Of a stretch of DNA of 64,000 nt, positions 42,544 to 51,490 are shown piece by piece. Within the stretch, counting starts at the first letter, position 1, and each line of letters begins with the position of its first letter. The position numbers and the translations under genes are program-made. Source of the DNA: Candidatus Eiseniibacteriota bacterium (GTDB lineage Bacteria > Eisenbacteria > RBG-16-71-46 > SZUA-252). A model generated the notes under the pieces. It did not search any database. It was not told the origin of the DNA and was given only the letters and a program-made list of their open reading frames with translations. Location: the NCBI GenBank assembly GCA_963724515.1, contig CAVRUU010000003.1:450724-514723 (forward strand), in the 5' to 3' direction.

Positions 42544-43110
42544 TCAGGAGGCAATACCCGCGATTCGGCATGCCTCCTGCCACTGGGCCGAAATCTCTAG
42601 TTGATCCACCCATCCACGAACGTATTGGAGATCGAGACCGTCTGCCCGGCGCTTGAGGATTTCCGCAGCGTCTTCGATTTGACGCTGCGATGCGCCGCGT
42701 TTCCCCCATTCGAGTTTGGCAAGTACGACGTCCTCGGCGGTCGCTATGGCGAGCTTCACACCGTGGAAATCGGCGGTCTCCCTCCGGTCAAACTCCCGAA
42801 GGCTGAATGGACGGGACTTCCGGATGATAAGATCGATCTTCCAGCCCGTCTTGCGGTCGACCACGTTGAACTGGCGCTGCTGTCGCAGAGCCTCCAATGC
42901 GGCGCTCTCATCTGCGTAGTACTCCGCATCCGGCAGGAGCTTGATGAAGCCGCGGATCTGATCCGAGGTCGGCGAGATCACCAAATCTATGTCCTGGGTG
43001 GCCCTCGCGACACCGTGGTAGGAACTCGCGAAGGAGCCCGTCAGCATGTAGGGGATGCCTACCCGTTCGAGAGTGCCGACAATGCGCTGGAATACTTCCT
43101 CTACGGTCAA
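42544..43110 (-). CDS. Minimal nucleotidyltransferase (Pol-beta fold) domain protein
   Basis: 188-aa ORF. NTase signature LTGSFASSYHGVARATQDIDLVI (GS ... DxD) plus a helical C-terminal region. TTG 43110 overlaps the upstream small-ORF stop (TTGA). Lower GC than the flanks. Confidence 0.55.
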   Translation of the reverse strand: MTVEEVFQRIVGTLERVGIPYMLTGSFASSYHGVARATQDIDLVISPTSDQIRGFIKLLPDAEYYADESAALEALRQQRQFNVVDRKTGWKIDLIIRKSRPFSLREFDRRETADFHGVKLAIATAEDVVLAKLEWGKRGASQRQIEDAAEILKRRADGLDLQYVRGWVDQLEISAQWQEACRIAGIAS

Positions 43111-43331
43111 CGCAGGGCCGCCGGTAAGGGCGCGGATCCGAAGGCATAGCGCAGAAGCTCGCGCTCGAGTTCCCGATCCGACCAGTCCGGATGCTCTCTC
43201 CGGAGGCGGGCCAGAGCAAGTTCTCGAGCGGCGTAGCTCATCTCAAGAGCCAGCCGGAGGCGCGCAGCACCGGTGAGGCTTCTCTGAATGCTGATCTGAA
43301 GCGCCGCCGCCTCTGGGCTTGTGTCGGTCAA
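43107..43331 (-). CDS. Small helical protein of unknown function, coupled to the NTase gene
   Basis: 74-aa ORF MTDTSPEAAALQISIQRSLTGAARLRLALEMSYAARELALARLRREHPDWSDRELERELLRYAFG. Predicted all-helical. It lies 67 nt downstream of dnaE2 on the same strand. Confidence 0.45.
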   Translation of the reverse strand: MTDTSPEAAALQISIQRSLTGAARLRLALEMSYAARELALARLRREHPDWSDRELERELLRYAFGSAPLPAALR

Positions 43332-43398
43332 CGTGTTCTCCTCAAGATTCCGCCCCCTCTCTCAAATCCGAGCCGCTCACCCAGTATAACGCCGCGCC

Positions 43399-46389
43399 TC
43401 ACAGCCGTTCCACCCGCTCCACCGTGAGCGTGCAGACCCCGAAGTCCTCCTCCACGCGCCCGGTGAGCAGGTAGGGAGCGTGGCTGCTCAACAGATGGCA
43501 GAAGCGGTCGTAGGCGTCGGGGAAAAACGTGGCGTCGTAGAGCGCCGTCGTGTCCTCGAAGCCGATGAACTCCATGAGCCGTTCGTCCTTCGAGTGGACG
43601 AGCTTGGACGTGACGTGCCAGCCGAGGACGGTGACGCGCTCCCCCACGTGGCGCTCGAGGTCCTTCGCCGCGATGACGCCGCGCCCGCGCATCGCGCGCT
43701 CGTGGGGCTCGAGCGGATGCGCGCTCAGGAGAAAGCCCAGCGCCTCGACCTCGTGGCGAAGCATCGTCTCGCGGTCGTACGCCGCCGCGCGCGGTGTGTC
43801 GATCGGCGTCGGCGCGAAGAGATCGAGCGTCGCTGTCGGGCGCGGTGCGGCCGTTTCCACGTAGAGCTCCCACAGGAGCTCGGCGCGTGTGCGCCCGCGG
43901 GCGATCGAATCGCATGCGCCTCCCTTCACCAGGAGCTCCGTGTCGGATGGATGGAGCGCCGCGCGGCGGCGCAGGTCCGCGAAGGACGCGAAGGACCCGT
44001 CGCGCTCCCGCGCCGCCACGATTCCCGCGGCCGCCTCCTCGTGCAGCCCCTTGAGCTGCATCAGCCCGACGCGCACGTGGCGCCCGCTTCCCGTGTACTC
44101 GCGGGCGCTCGCGTTCACGTCGGGCGGCGAGATCTTCAACCCCATGCGGCGCGACTCGGACACATAGGCGAACGTATCGAAGTAGCCCCCCCGGTTCGAG
44201 ATGACGGCCGCCATGAACTCGGCCGGGTGATGCGCGCGGAGCCACGCCGAGCGGAACGAGACCAGCGCGTAGGAGGCGCTGTGCGGCTTGCAGAATGAGT
44301 AGCCGGCGAAGGAGAGGATCATGTGCCACACCTTGTCGATCACCTCGCGCGTGACGCCTCGCCCCGCGGCTCCGGCGTAGAAGTCCGCCATGTACGCCCG
44401 GAGCGGCTTCAACGGCCGCTTCTGCCCGAGGGCTTTCCGCATGCCCTCGGCCTGCGCGAGCGAGAGCCCCGCCAGCTCCATCGCGACCTTCGTGATGTCC
44501 TCCTGGTAACACATGATCCCGTACGTCTCGTCGAGGGTGTGGCGCAACGCCGGGTGCAAGGGGTCGTACGCCCCGCCGCGGAGGCGCCTCACGTACTCGC
44601 GGATGTAGGAGTTCGCCGCGGGGCGGATCATCGAGGAGTGGATCACGAGGTGATCGAAGTCCCCCTTCCCCGCCTTTCGCTGGAGCTGGCGCATCGACGG
44701 CGACTCGGCGTAGAACACGCCGATCGTGTCCCCCGTCTCCATGAGCCGCTGCGTCGCCGGATCGTCGATCGGATTCCAGGCCCGCTCGTCGATCCTGAGC
44801 CCCGTGTTCCTCTCGACCGCGCGGATCGCGTCGCGGATCACCGCGAGGGAGCGGTTCCCGAGAAGGTCCATCTTCACGAGGCCGAAGTTCTCGACCTGGT
44901 CCTTCTCCCACTGGACGATCGGCACTCCCTTCGGCGCGATCTCGACCGGGACGTGGTCGGCGAGGGAGTCCGGCACGAGCACGATGCCCCCGCTGTGCAC
45001 GGCGAGGTGGCGCGGGTGGCCGTCGAGCGCCAACGCCTGGGCCAGGATCTCGGGCCACGGGGGCTCGAAGTCCACGTCGCGGAACCGCGCGCGGCCCGCC
45101 ATCCCGTCGATCGGGTCCTCGACTCCCCAGTGGTCCCGGAGGCGCTTCGTCACGTTCACGATCTCGGCCTCCGGCAGCCCGTACACCTTCGCGATCTCGT
45201 GGATCGCCGCCCTCGCGCGGAAGCCCACGTGGTTCGCGACCATCGCGGCGCGCACCGGCGCGCCGTTCTCCGCGAGCACGTCGAGCTGGATCTGGTCGCG
45301 CTCGTCCCACGCGAAGTCCACGTCGATGTCCGGAGGATCTTTCCGCTCGGGCGAGAGGAAGCGCTCGAAGAAGAGGTTGTGCCTCACCGGATCGACGTGC
45401 GTGATGCCGAGGAGGTAGGCCACGATGCTCGCGGCCCCCGAGCCGCGGCCGCAGATCCGCGGGGTGCGCGAGGTGATCGACTCCACGATCAGGAAGTAGT
45501 CGGCGAAGCCTTTCTCGCGGATGACCGCCAGCTCGCGGTCGAGCCGCGAGCGGACCTCGGAGCCGGGGGCGCGCCCGTACCGATGCAGGATTCCCGCCTC
45601 GCAGCGGGCGCGTAGGATCTCGAACGCCTCCCCGCGCTCGAGTGGATAGGACGGAAACACGGTCTTCCCCATCGGCCAATCGATCGCGCACTGCTCCGCG
45701 AGGAGTACCGCGTTCTCGAGCGCCTCGGGCGCGTGCGGAAACCGGGCCTCCATCTCCTCGGCGGAGAGAAAGGACCGCTCCGGCTCGGCGAGATCGTCGC
45801 GCGGCACGCGATCGAGCGTGGTGTTCCGGGCGATCGCGCGAAGCGTGTGGTGGATGCGGTGCCGCGCGCGATCCACGAAGTGGACGTCGTTCGTGGCGAC
45901 GCAGGCGATCCCTTCGGCGCGCGCCCACGCGAGGAGCGGGCGATCGGCGCGCCCCGGGACGAGCTCCGCGTAGACCGGGAGGGCGCCGCGCAGCTCCGAG
46001 AGCACGTGCCGCTCCGCGCTCAGGAGCACCAGCGAGGAGGCGTTCGCGCGGACGGCGCCCACGAGCGAGAAGCGGGGGTCCAGGTGGCGGGCCGTGAGGA
46101 CGCGGCAGAGCGAGCGGTAGCCCTCGCGGCCGCGCGCGAGGAGCACGGCGCGGGCGGGGCGCGAGGCGCCCGACGCCTCCACGACCTCCGCCCCGGCGAT
46201 CGGCTGGAGTCCCCACTCCTCGCAGATCTGGCGGTAGAAGACGAAGCCGTAGAGGGCATTCGTGTCGGTCAACGCGAAGCGGTCCATCCCGCGCTCGCGC
46301 GCCGCCTCGGCCAGGGCCTCGATCCGCTCGGCCCCGCGCATGAGGGAGTAGTGGCTATGGACGTGCAGGTGCGCGAATCGTGAGGCCAT
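43399..46389 (-). CDS. dnaE2: Error-prone DNA polymerase III alpha-type subunit DnaE2 (ImuC)
   Basis: Intact 996-aa ORF. PHP domain start FAHLHVHSHYSLMRGA, Pol III alpha core (GRGSGAASIVAYLLGITHVDP, PDIDVDF), OB-fold tail. It lies immediately downstream of imuB. Confidence 0.9.
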   Translation of the reverse strand: MASRFAHLHVHSHYSLMRGAERIEALAEAARERGMDRFALTDTNALYGFVFYRQICEEWGLQPIAGAEVVEASGASRPARAVLLARGREGYRSLCRVLTARHLDPRFSLVGAVRANASSLVLLSAERHVLSELRGALPVYAELVPGRADRPLLAWARAEGIACVATNDVHFVDRARHRIHHTLRAIARNTTLDRVPRDDLAEPERSFLSAEEMEARFPHAPEALENAVLLAEQCAIDWPMGKTVFPSYPLERGEAFEILRARCEAGILHRYGRAPGSEVRSRLDRELAVIREKGFADYFLIVESITSRTPRICGRGSGAASIVAYLLGITHVDPVRHNLFFERFLSPERKDPPDIDVDFAWDERDQIQLDVLAENGAPVRAAMVANHVGFRARAAIHEIAKVYGLPEAEIVNVTKRLRDHWGVEDPIDGMAGRARFRDVDFEPPWPEILAQALALDGHPRHLAVHSGGIVLVPDSLADHVPVEIAPKGVPIVQWEKDQVENFGLVKMDLLGNRSLAVIRDAIRAVERNTGLRIDERAWNPIDDPATQRLMETGDTIGVFYAESPSMRQLQRKAGKGDFDHLVIHSSMIRPAANSYIREYVRRLRGGAYDPLHPALRHTLDETYGIMCYQEDITKVAMELAGLSLAQAEGMRKALGQKRPLKPLRAYMADFYAGAAGRGVTREVIDKVWHMILSFAGYSFCKPHSASYALVSFRSAWLRAHHPAEFMAAVISNRGGYFDTFAYVSESRRMGLKISPPDVNASAREYTGSGRHVRVGLMQLKGLHEEAAAGIVAARERDGSFASFADLRRRAALHPSDTELLVKGGACDSIARGRTRAELLWELYVETAAPRPTATLDLFAPTPIDTPRAAAYDRETMLRHEVEALGFLLSAHPLEPHERAMRGRGVIAAKDLERHVGERVTVLGWHVTSKLVHSKDERLMEFIGFEDTTALYDATFFPDAYDRFCHLLSSHAPYLLTGRVEEDFGVCTLTVERVERL

Positions 46390-47608
46390 GGAGGATCCAG
46401 GTGGCCGGGACGAGCGCCTCCGCGCCGAAGCGCGCCCGCGCCCGGTCGATCGTGGACGTGAGCGCCGAGGCGCGCGCGACCGTTCCCGCCCGCAGCGCGC
46501 TTCGCTCGCCGTCGATCTCGTGTCCCTCCCACAGCGTGAGCTGCGCCGGTCCGGGATCGATGCCCGAGGCGGCGACCCTCAGCCGCCGCACGCGCACGCG
46601 CCGCGTCACCGCTCGCTCGAGAAGCTCGTCGAGGGCCGCGCCGACACGGGCGCTTCCCCGGAGCGGCTCCGCGAACGCCCTCCGCGCGCGAGCCTGGCGC
46701 CCGTCGGCGTACTCCACCACGAGCGAGACGCCGCGCACTCCCTCACCGCGCGCCTCAAGACGGGCGGCAAGCTCGGCAGCAAGCCGCGACGCGTGCGCGG
46801 AGAGCGCGCGGGAGTCGTTCGTCTCGCGCGCGAGGGTCTCCTCGACGACGAACCCGGGGGTTCGTTCCGGCGCGCGCACGGGCGTTGGATCGACGCCGCG
46901 CGCCTGGCTCCAGAGCAGGGCGCCCTCCTTGCCGAGCACTCGCGAAAGATGCGCCGGCGAGAGCGATTGGACGTCGCGCACGAAGCGCACGTTCAGAAGC
47001 TCGAGCCTGGCCGCGGCGACGCCGCCGCGGGCGGCGGGGAGCACGTCGACCGCGAGCGGCGCCAGGAAGCTGGGCTCGCTTCCGGAGGAGACGTCGAGGA
47101 GGTCGCCGTCGGGAGCGACGACTTGCGCCGCCACGCGGCTCACGAGCTTGTTGACGGCGACGCCGAGCGTCGGATGGAGACGGAACTCCTCCTCCACGTC
47201 GCGTCCCGCGCGCGCCGCCCGGTCCCGCGCTTCGGGATGGCTGCGCGCCACGCCGGTCAGGTCGAGGTAGAAGCGCCCGCTCGCCCAGCCGGCCCCGTGC
47301 TCCCCTCCGGACTCGACGACCGGTGCGAAGGGAGCGAGCCGCTCGAAGATCGACTCGCCGATCCCGCCATAGAAGTCGCGGTCCAGAGGCAGCGCGACCA
47401 GGTCACGGCACAGCCGCCGCGCGTGGACGAGCGGCGTCCCAGGTGTGACACCCGCCTCGCGCGCCTCGCGGGAAGGCACGAGCACACGCGGACGCGGCGA
47501 CTCACCCGGAATCAGCGCTAGAGGGCACCCTCTGAGCTTCGGGCAGCGAAGCCGCTCGGCCTGGATCGGAAAGGAATCGATGGCGACATGGACAATCGTG
47601 CGTTCCAT
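46355..47608 (-). CDS. imuB: ImuB, Y-family polymerase-like accessory protein
   Basis: 417-aa ORF. Y-family fold start IVHVAIDSFPIQAERL with a degenerate acidic triad, typical of ImuB. Overlaps the dnaE2 start by 35 nt. Confidence 0.8.
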   Translation of the reverse strand: MERTIVHVAIDSFPIQAERLRCPKLRGCPLALIPGESPRPRVLVPSREAREAGVTPGTPLVHARRLCRDLVALPLDRDFYGGIGESIFERLAPFAPVVESGGEHGAGWASGRFYLDLTGVARSHPEARDRAARAGRDVEEEFRLHPTLGVAVNKLVSRVAAQVVAPDGDLLDVSSGSEPSFLAPLAVDVLPAARGGVAAARLELLNVRFVRDVQSLSPAHLSRVLGKEGALLWSQARGVDPTPVRAPERTPGFVVEETLARETNDSRALSAHASRLAAELAARLEARGEGVRGVSLVVEYADGRQARARRAFAEPLRGSARVGAALDELLERAVTRRVRVRRLRVAASGIDPGPAQLTLWEGHEIDGERSALRAGTVARASALTSTIDRARARFGAEALVPATWILHGLTIRAPARP

Positions 47609-47632
47609 GAGGGCAATCGGGGGGCCCTTACT

Positions 47633-48217
47633 TCAAGAGTAGCGACGCAGTAGACCGACCAGAATCCCACGAACCTCGACGCTCGCGGCGGGCCACTCCA
47701 TGGGCCGGAGCGCCGCGTTCGCCGGGCGAAGCTCGACACGGGCCCCGCGGCGGAAGAAGCGCTTGAGCGTGGCCCCACCGTCCACGACCGCGACCACGGT
47801 CTGGCCGTTCTCCGCCTCACGCGCGCGGCGGACGACGATGAGATCGCCGTCCTTGATCCCGTCCTCGATCATCGAGTCCCCGAGGACGCGGAGCGCGTAG
47901 CGCTCGCCCGGGCCAAGGAGCGAAGCCGGCACCTCGACCGGCTCCGGATTCTCGATCGCCTCGATCGGACGCCCCGCCGCCACGAGCCCCAGGAGCGGGA
48001 TCGTGGCTGGAGCGACGGGCCTGAGGCTTCGCTTCGCATTGTGCCGGGCGGAAGCCAGAGCGCCTCGGCGGCGAAGCTGTGTCACGAGCTTCGCGACCGC
48101 GTTGAGCGACCTGACCCCCAGGTGGCGGCGGATTTCCTCGTACGAAGGGGCAAAGCCGCTGCGCTCGATGAATCGGGTGATGAATTCATAGGCTGCATGC
48201 TGGCGCGGCGTGAGCAT
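47633..48217 (-). CDS. lexA: LexA repressor
   Basis: Starts MLTPRQHAAYEFITRFIERSGFAPSYEEIRRHLG (wHTH). Cleavage-site region LLGLVAAGRPIEA. S24 peptidase Ser in LGDSMIEDGI and Lys in GATLKRF. 24 nt upstream of imuB. The track ORF extension to 48355 is rejected. Confidence 0.9.
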   Translation of the reverse strand: MLTPRQHAAYEFITRFIERSGFAPSYEEIRRHLGVRSLNAVAKLVTQLRRRGALASARHNAKRSLRPVAPATIPLLGLVAAGRPIEAIENPEPVEVPASLLGPGERYALRVLGDSMIEDGIKDGDLIVVRRAREAENGQTVVAVVDGGATLKRFFRRGARVELRPANAALRPMEWPAASVEVRGILVGLLRRYS

Positions 48218-48349
48218 GAGCACGAACGGTCCTCGCGGTGCGTGGGGGTGTCCCGGGACGGCCGCATGGCGCCCTGTAGCTGCCGTCCGGGACCCCTGCC
48301 CGCCTGGCGGTACGCGAATGCGCGCCCTGCGAGCCACGCCATGGTAGGT

Positions 48350-48364
48350 GAACAAAAGGTGAAA
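48350..48364. promoter_or_regulatory. Candidate direct-repeat SOS box (GAAC-N7-GAAA; the complement reads TTTC-N7-GTTC)
   Basis: gaacaaaaggtgaaa sits in the only AT-rich patch of the lexA / SRPBCC divergent intergenic region. It has one mismatch to the GTTC-N7-GTTC box used by alphaproteobacterial-type LexA. It is 133 nt upstream of the lexA ATG, which is rather far. Confidence 0.3.
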
Positions 48365-48405
48365 GTCAAGAGGAGAACCGCTCGCGTCTGTTCCGCGCCG
48401 GCCAC

Positions 48406-49275
48406 ATGGGATACGATGTGCCGATGGAGCCTACCTCGTTCCTTCATTACCGATCCTTCCGGTCCCCAGTCTTATCGCTCTGGCCATGCCTCACGGTCCC
48501 GGATCGCCTGGCGGGCTGGATGGGCGAGGCGGATGTCGAGCTTGCCCGAGAGGGGGCCCTGACCGTGAAGTCCTGGAACGGAGACGTGATCCAGGGTCGC
48601 GTGATCGCCGCGGTGCCGCCGGCGAGGCTCGAGTTCGCGTGGAGGCCGTTCGACTTCGATCCGAAGAGCCATGTCATGTGGCGGCTCTCCGGCGATGGCC
48701 CGGGCTCGAGGCTGACCGTCACGCACGACGGCCTTCGAAGCCGCGAGGAGCGCGACCACGCGAGGCTCTTCTGGCGCGATTCGCTCGACGCGCTCGCGCG
48801 GCTCGCGGACGAGAAGATCCCGTCCCCCGAATGGGGCGGCACGCATCCGGTCACCATGCGCGCGCTCGTGCCGCGCACGGCCGCCGACGTGTGGCCGCTC
48901 CTCTCCTCTTCTTCGGGCCTTTCCAAGTGGGTGGCCAACGTGGAGCAGTTCGAGGCGCAGCCGGGGGGCGCCTTCCGATTCCGTTCACGCTATCGCGGAC
49001 AGGACGTCGTGGAGCAGGGGCTCATCCAGGAGATCGTCCCCGAATCGAAGCTCAGGGTCTCGTGGGAGTGGGTCGGCGAAGGCTGGGGTACTGCGACCGA
49101 GGTTCTCTTCGCGCTCGAGCCGGAGGAGGGCGGCACATCGATCCTGATCTCGCACTCCGGGTTCGACCGCATCGACTCGGGCGTCGCGACGGCCGCGCGC
49201 CGGAACTACGCGGGAGCGTGGGCCGAGGTGCTCTCGGATCTGAAGCGCCTCATGGCTCCGGCCGCGGTCCGCTAG
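48406..49275 (+). CDS. Tandem SRPBCC (AHSA1-like) two-domain protein
   Basis: 289-aa ORF with two similar halves (each ... W ... RL(E/R)(F/V)(A/S)WE ... T(V/E) ...). The start is ATG 48406 or ATG 48424. Confidence 0.6.
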   Translation: MGYDVPMEPTSFLHYRSFRSPVLSLWPCLTVPDRLAGWMGEADVELAREGALTVKSWNGDVIQGRVIAAVPPARLEFAWRPFDFDPKSHVMWRLSGDGPGSRLTVTHDGLRSREERDHARLFWRDSLDALARLADEKIPSPEWGGTHPVTMRALVPRTAADVWPLLSSSSGLSKWVANVEQFEAQPGGAFRFRSRYRGQDVVEQGLIQEIVPESKLRVSWEWVGEGWGTATEVLFALEPEEGGTSILISHSGFDRIDSGVATAARRNYAGAWAEVLSDLKRLMAPAAVR

Positions 49276-49279
49276 CTCC

Positions 49280-50293
49280 CTACACCCGCAGGACGATCTT
49301 CCCCACGTTGTGCCGCCTCTCGAGGAGCTGGTGGGCGGCGCCGGCCTCCGCGAGCTGCATCACCCGGCCGGGCTCGGGATGGATCTCGCCGGCGGCGGTC
49401 AGCCGGAGCAGCTCTTCGAGAATGCCTCGCGCGCGCGTGCGATCACGCGTGAGCGCCGCGAGGTTCAGCCCGTAGAATCCACGGCTCGTTCGAAGGAGCC
49501 CGAGCGGGTTGATCCGCGGCGTCGAGAGGAGGAATCCGATGGCGCCCAGGATGCCGCCCCTCGACATTCGCGCCACGCCGCAGCTCACGAGGCGGCCGCC
49601 CGGCCTCAACGCGCGGATGCCCTCCGCGATCGTGCGTCCTCCGACGGAGTCGATGACAATGTCGAATCCGCCCTCCTTGCTGTAGAGATTCCGCGCGACC
49701 CTGTCGACGTGCGCCCTCCGGGAATCGACGACGTGCTTCACCCCCTCGGCCTGGAGACGCTCCCGCTTGAAGTGGGAGCTCGCGGCGCCGACGACCTCGA
49801 GACCTGCCCGGCGCGCGAGATCGATCACGGCGAGTCCGACCCCGCCCGCGGCCGCGTGGAGGAAGACGCGCATTCCCGGCTGGATCGGCCCCGTGTGGTA
49901 GAGGGCCACGTACGCCGTCCCGTAGTTGAGCGGGAGCACGACCGCGGTCTGGGCGCCGAGCGAGTCGGGGATCGCGAAGACGTTTCCGGCGGGGGCGGCG
50001 ACCTTCTCGGCGTATCCGCCGGAAGAGTGGAACGCCAGCACGCGCTGTCCGACGCGGAGCCCGTTCACCCCCTCGCCGAGTGCCAGGACCTCTCCGCTCG
50101 ACTCGAACCCCGGAATGAAGGGGCGCCCCGGCGCGTCCGGATAGAGTCCCTGGCGCGCGAGCACGTCCGCGAAATTCACGCCGGCGGCTTTGACCTGGAT
50201 GAGGATTTCTCCGGGTCCCGCGACCGGGTCCGGGGTTTCCTCGACGCGGAGCGTCTGCGGCGGACCTGGCCGGCGGAGCAGGACGGCGCGCAC
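49280..50293 (-). CDS. Zinc-type alcohol dehydrogenase / quinone oxidoreductase (MDR family)
   Basis: 337-aa ORF. GVNFADVLARQGLY, cofactor fold HAAAGGVGLAVIDLA, C-terminal GKIVL. Confidence 0.8.
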   Translation of the reverse strand: MRAVLLRRPGPPQTLRVEETPDPVAGPGEILIQVKAAGVNFADVLARQGLYPDAPGRPFIPGFESSGEVLALGEGVNGLRVGQRVLAFHSSGGYAEKVAAPAGNVFAIPDSLGAQTAVVLPLNYGTAYVALYHTGPIQPGMRVFLHAAAGGVGLAVIDLARRAGLEVVGAASSHFKRERLQAEGVKHVVDSRRAHVDRVARNLYSKEGGFDIVIDSVGGRTIAEGIRALRPGGRLVSCGVARMSRGGILGAIGFLLSTPRINPLGLLRTSRGFYGLNLAALTRDRTRARGILEELLRLTAAGEIHPEPGRVMQLAEAGAAHQLLERRHNVGKIVLRV

Positions 50294-50295
50294 GG

Positions 50296-50721
50296 TCAGC
50301 TTCCCGCGCGCCGGGGAGACGGCGTTACGGCGCCGGCGCTGAGCCGCGCGACCAGCGCCTCCACGCGCGCGCGAATCTCGTCACGAACCCGCCGCACGTC
50401 CTCGATCGGCTTCTTCGACGGATCCTCGAGCGACCAGTCCTCGACCTTCCGGCCGGGATACTCGCAGACGGCGGGATCGTCGCAGCCCATCGAGATCACG
50501 TGGTCGGCGCGGTCGAGCATGGCCCGATCCACGCGGCGAGGCTTCCGGCCCGTGAGATCGATCCCCACTTCCTTCATCGCCTGGACCACGATGGGATGCA
50601 CCTCGGACGCGGGCTCCGATCCCGCCGAGATCGCCTCGTGCCCGGGCGCCAGGCGCTCGAAGAAGGCCTGCGCCATCTGGCTTCGCCCCGCGTTCTGGCG
50701 GCAGAGAAAGAGGAGGGTCAT
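50296..50721 (-). CDS. arsC: Low-molecular-weight phosphatase-family arsenate reductase
   Basis: Starts MTLLFLCRQNAGRSQMAQAFFERL (CX5R-S P-loop). Later SAGSEP and a DP motif. The track ORF extension to 50892 is rejected. Confidence 0.75.
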   Translation of the reverse strand: MTLLFLCRQNAGRSQMAQAFFERLAPGHEAISAGSEPASEVHPIVVQAMKEVGIDLTGRKPRRVDRAMLDRADHVISMGCDDPAVCEYPGRKVEDWSLEDPSKKPIEDVRRVRDEIRARVEALVARLSAGAVTPSPRRAGS

Positions 50722-50743
50722 GGGCCGACTATACGCGAATCGA

Positions 50744-51460
50744 TCACGGGCCCGCCAGCGCGCGCGCCTTGTCGAACACGGCCCTCCACATCGGGGCCGT
50801 GAGCTTCCCCGTGCTCGTGTTCTGCTGGCTCGGGTGGTAGGAGGAGAGAAGGAATCCCCCCTCCGGCAGGGCCACGGATGCCGCGTGCGCAAGATCCGGA
50901 CGAGGCTTCAGATCCGGAAGGCCCAGCTCCCGCCGGGATTTCAAGATCGAATCGAGCGCGACGCGGCCCAGGGCCAGCCTCACGCGCACGTCCGGAAGCG
51001 CCGCCATCTCGCGCACGAGGTACTCGCGGCAGTTGTCCAGCTCCTCAGGGGCCGGCTTGTTGTCGGGAGGGGCGCAGCGCCCCGCCGCCGAGATGAAGAC
51101 GCCGTGCAGCGTCAGCCCGTCCCCGCCGTGGACCGAGCGCGGGGAGCTGGCGAGCCCCTGGCGATGAAGCTCCCCATAGAGCCACTCCCCCGATCGGTCG
51201 CCGGTGAACATGCGCCCGGTCCGGTTCGAGCCGTGCGCCCCGGGAGCCAGGCCCACGATGAGGAGCCATGCGGCCGGATCGCCGAAGCCCGGCACCGGAC
51301 GACCCCAGTATTCCTCGCCCTGGTACGCTTTCCGCTTCAGGCGCGCGACCTCGGCGCAGTAGGAACGGAGCCTCGGGCAGCGCTCGCAGGCGATCACGTC
51401 CTTCGCGATGACCTCGAGGTCGCCCTCTCGTCGTATAATTCGGCGCTTCTTCACGACCAC
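50744..51460 (-). CDS. Uracil-DNA glycosylase, family 5 (UdgB)-like
   Basis: CERCPRL Fe-S cysteine context. Motif A GLAPGAHGSNRTGRMFTGD (Ala-Pro form typical of family 5). C-terminal SYHPSQQN. GTG start at 51460 or 51454. The remainder of track ORF 50744..52288 is antisense to the thioredoxin-like gene. Confidence 0.7.
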   Translation of the reverse strand: MVVKKRRIIRREGDLEVIAKDVIACERCPRLRSYCAEVARLKRKAYQGEEYWGRPVPGFGDPAAWLLIVGLAPGAHGSNRTGRMFTGDRSGEWLYGELHRQGLASSPRSVHGGDGLTLHGVFISAAGRCAPPDNKPAPEELDNCREYLVREMAALPDVRVRLALGRVALDSILKSRRELGLPDLKPRPDLAHAASVALPEGGFLLSSYHPSQQNTSTGKLTAPMWRAVFDKARALAGP

Positions 51461-51490
51461 AGCGCACCCATCCACGGAGGTTTCGTGCCG

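Noticed and set aside
43107-43331. HEPN-like Rx4H motif (RLRREH) in the 74-aa protein
   Set aside because: The protein is far too short for a HEPN domain, and the match is a single short pattern in an Arg-rich helix. It is likely coincidental.
43328-46216. 962-aa minus-strand ORF in an alternative frame of dnaE2
   Set aside because: The dnaE2 frame (43399..46389) has PHP and Pol III alpha motifs. The alternative frame is poly-Arg/Gly/Pro/Ala noise.
49310-51490. First 727 codons of the 1097-aa ORF 49310..52603
   Set aside because: Antisense to the quinone oxidoreductase, arsC and UDG genes. Only the last 370 codons (signal peptide onward) look like a real protein.
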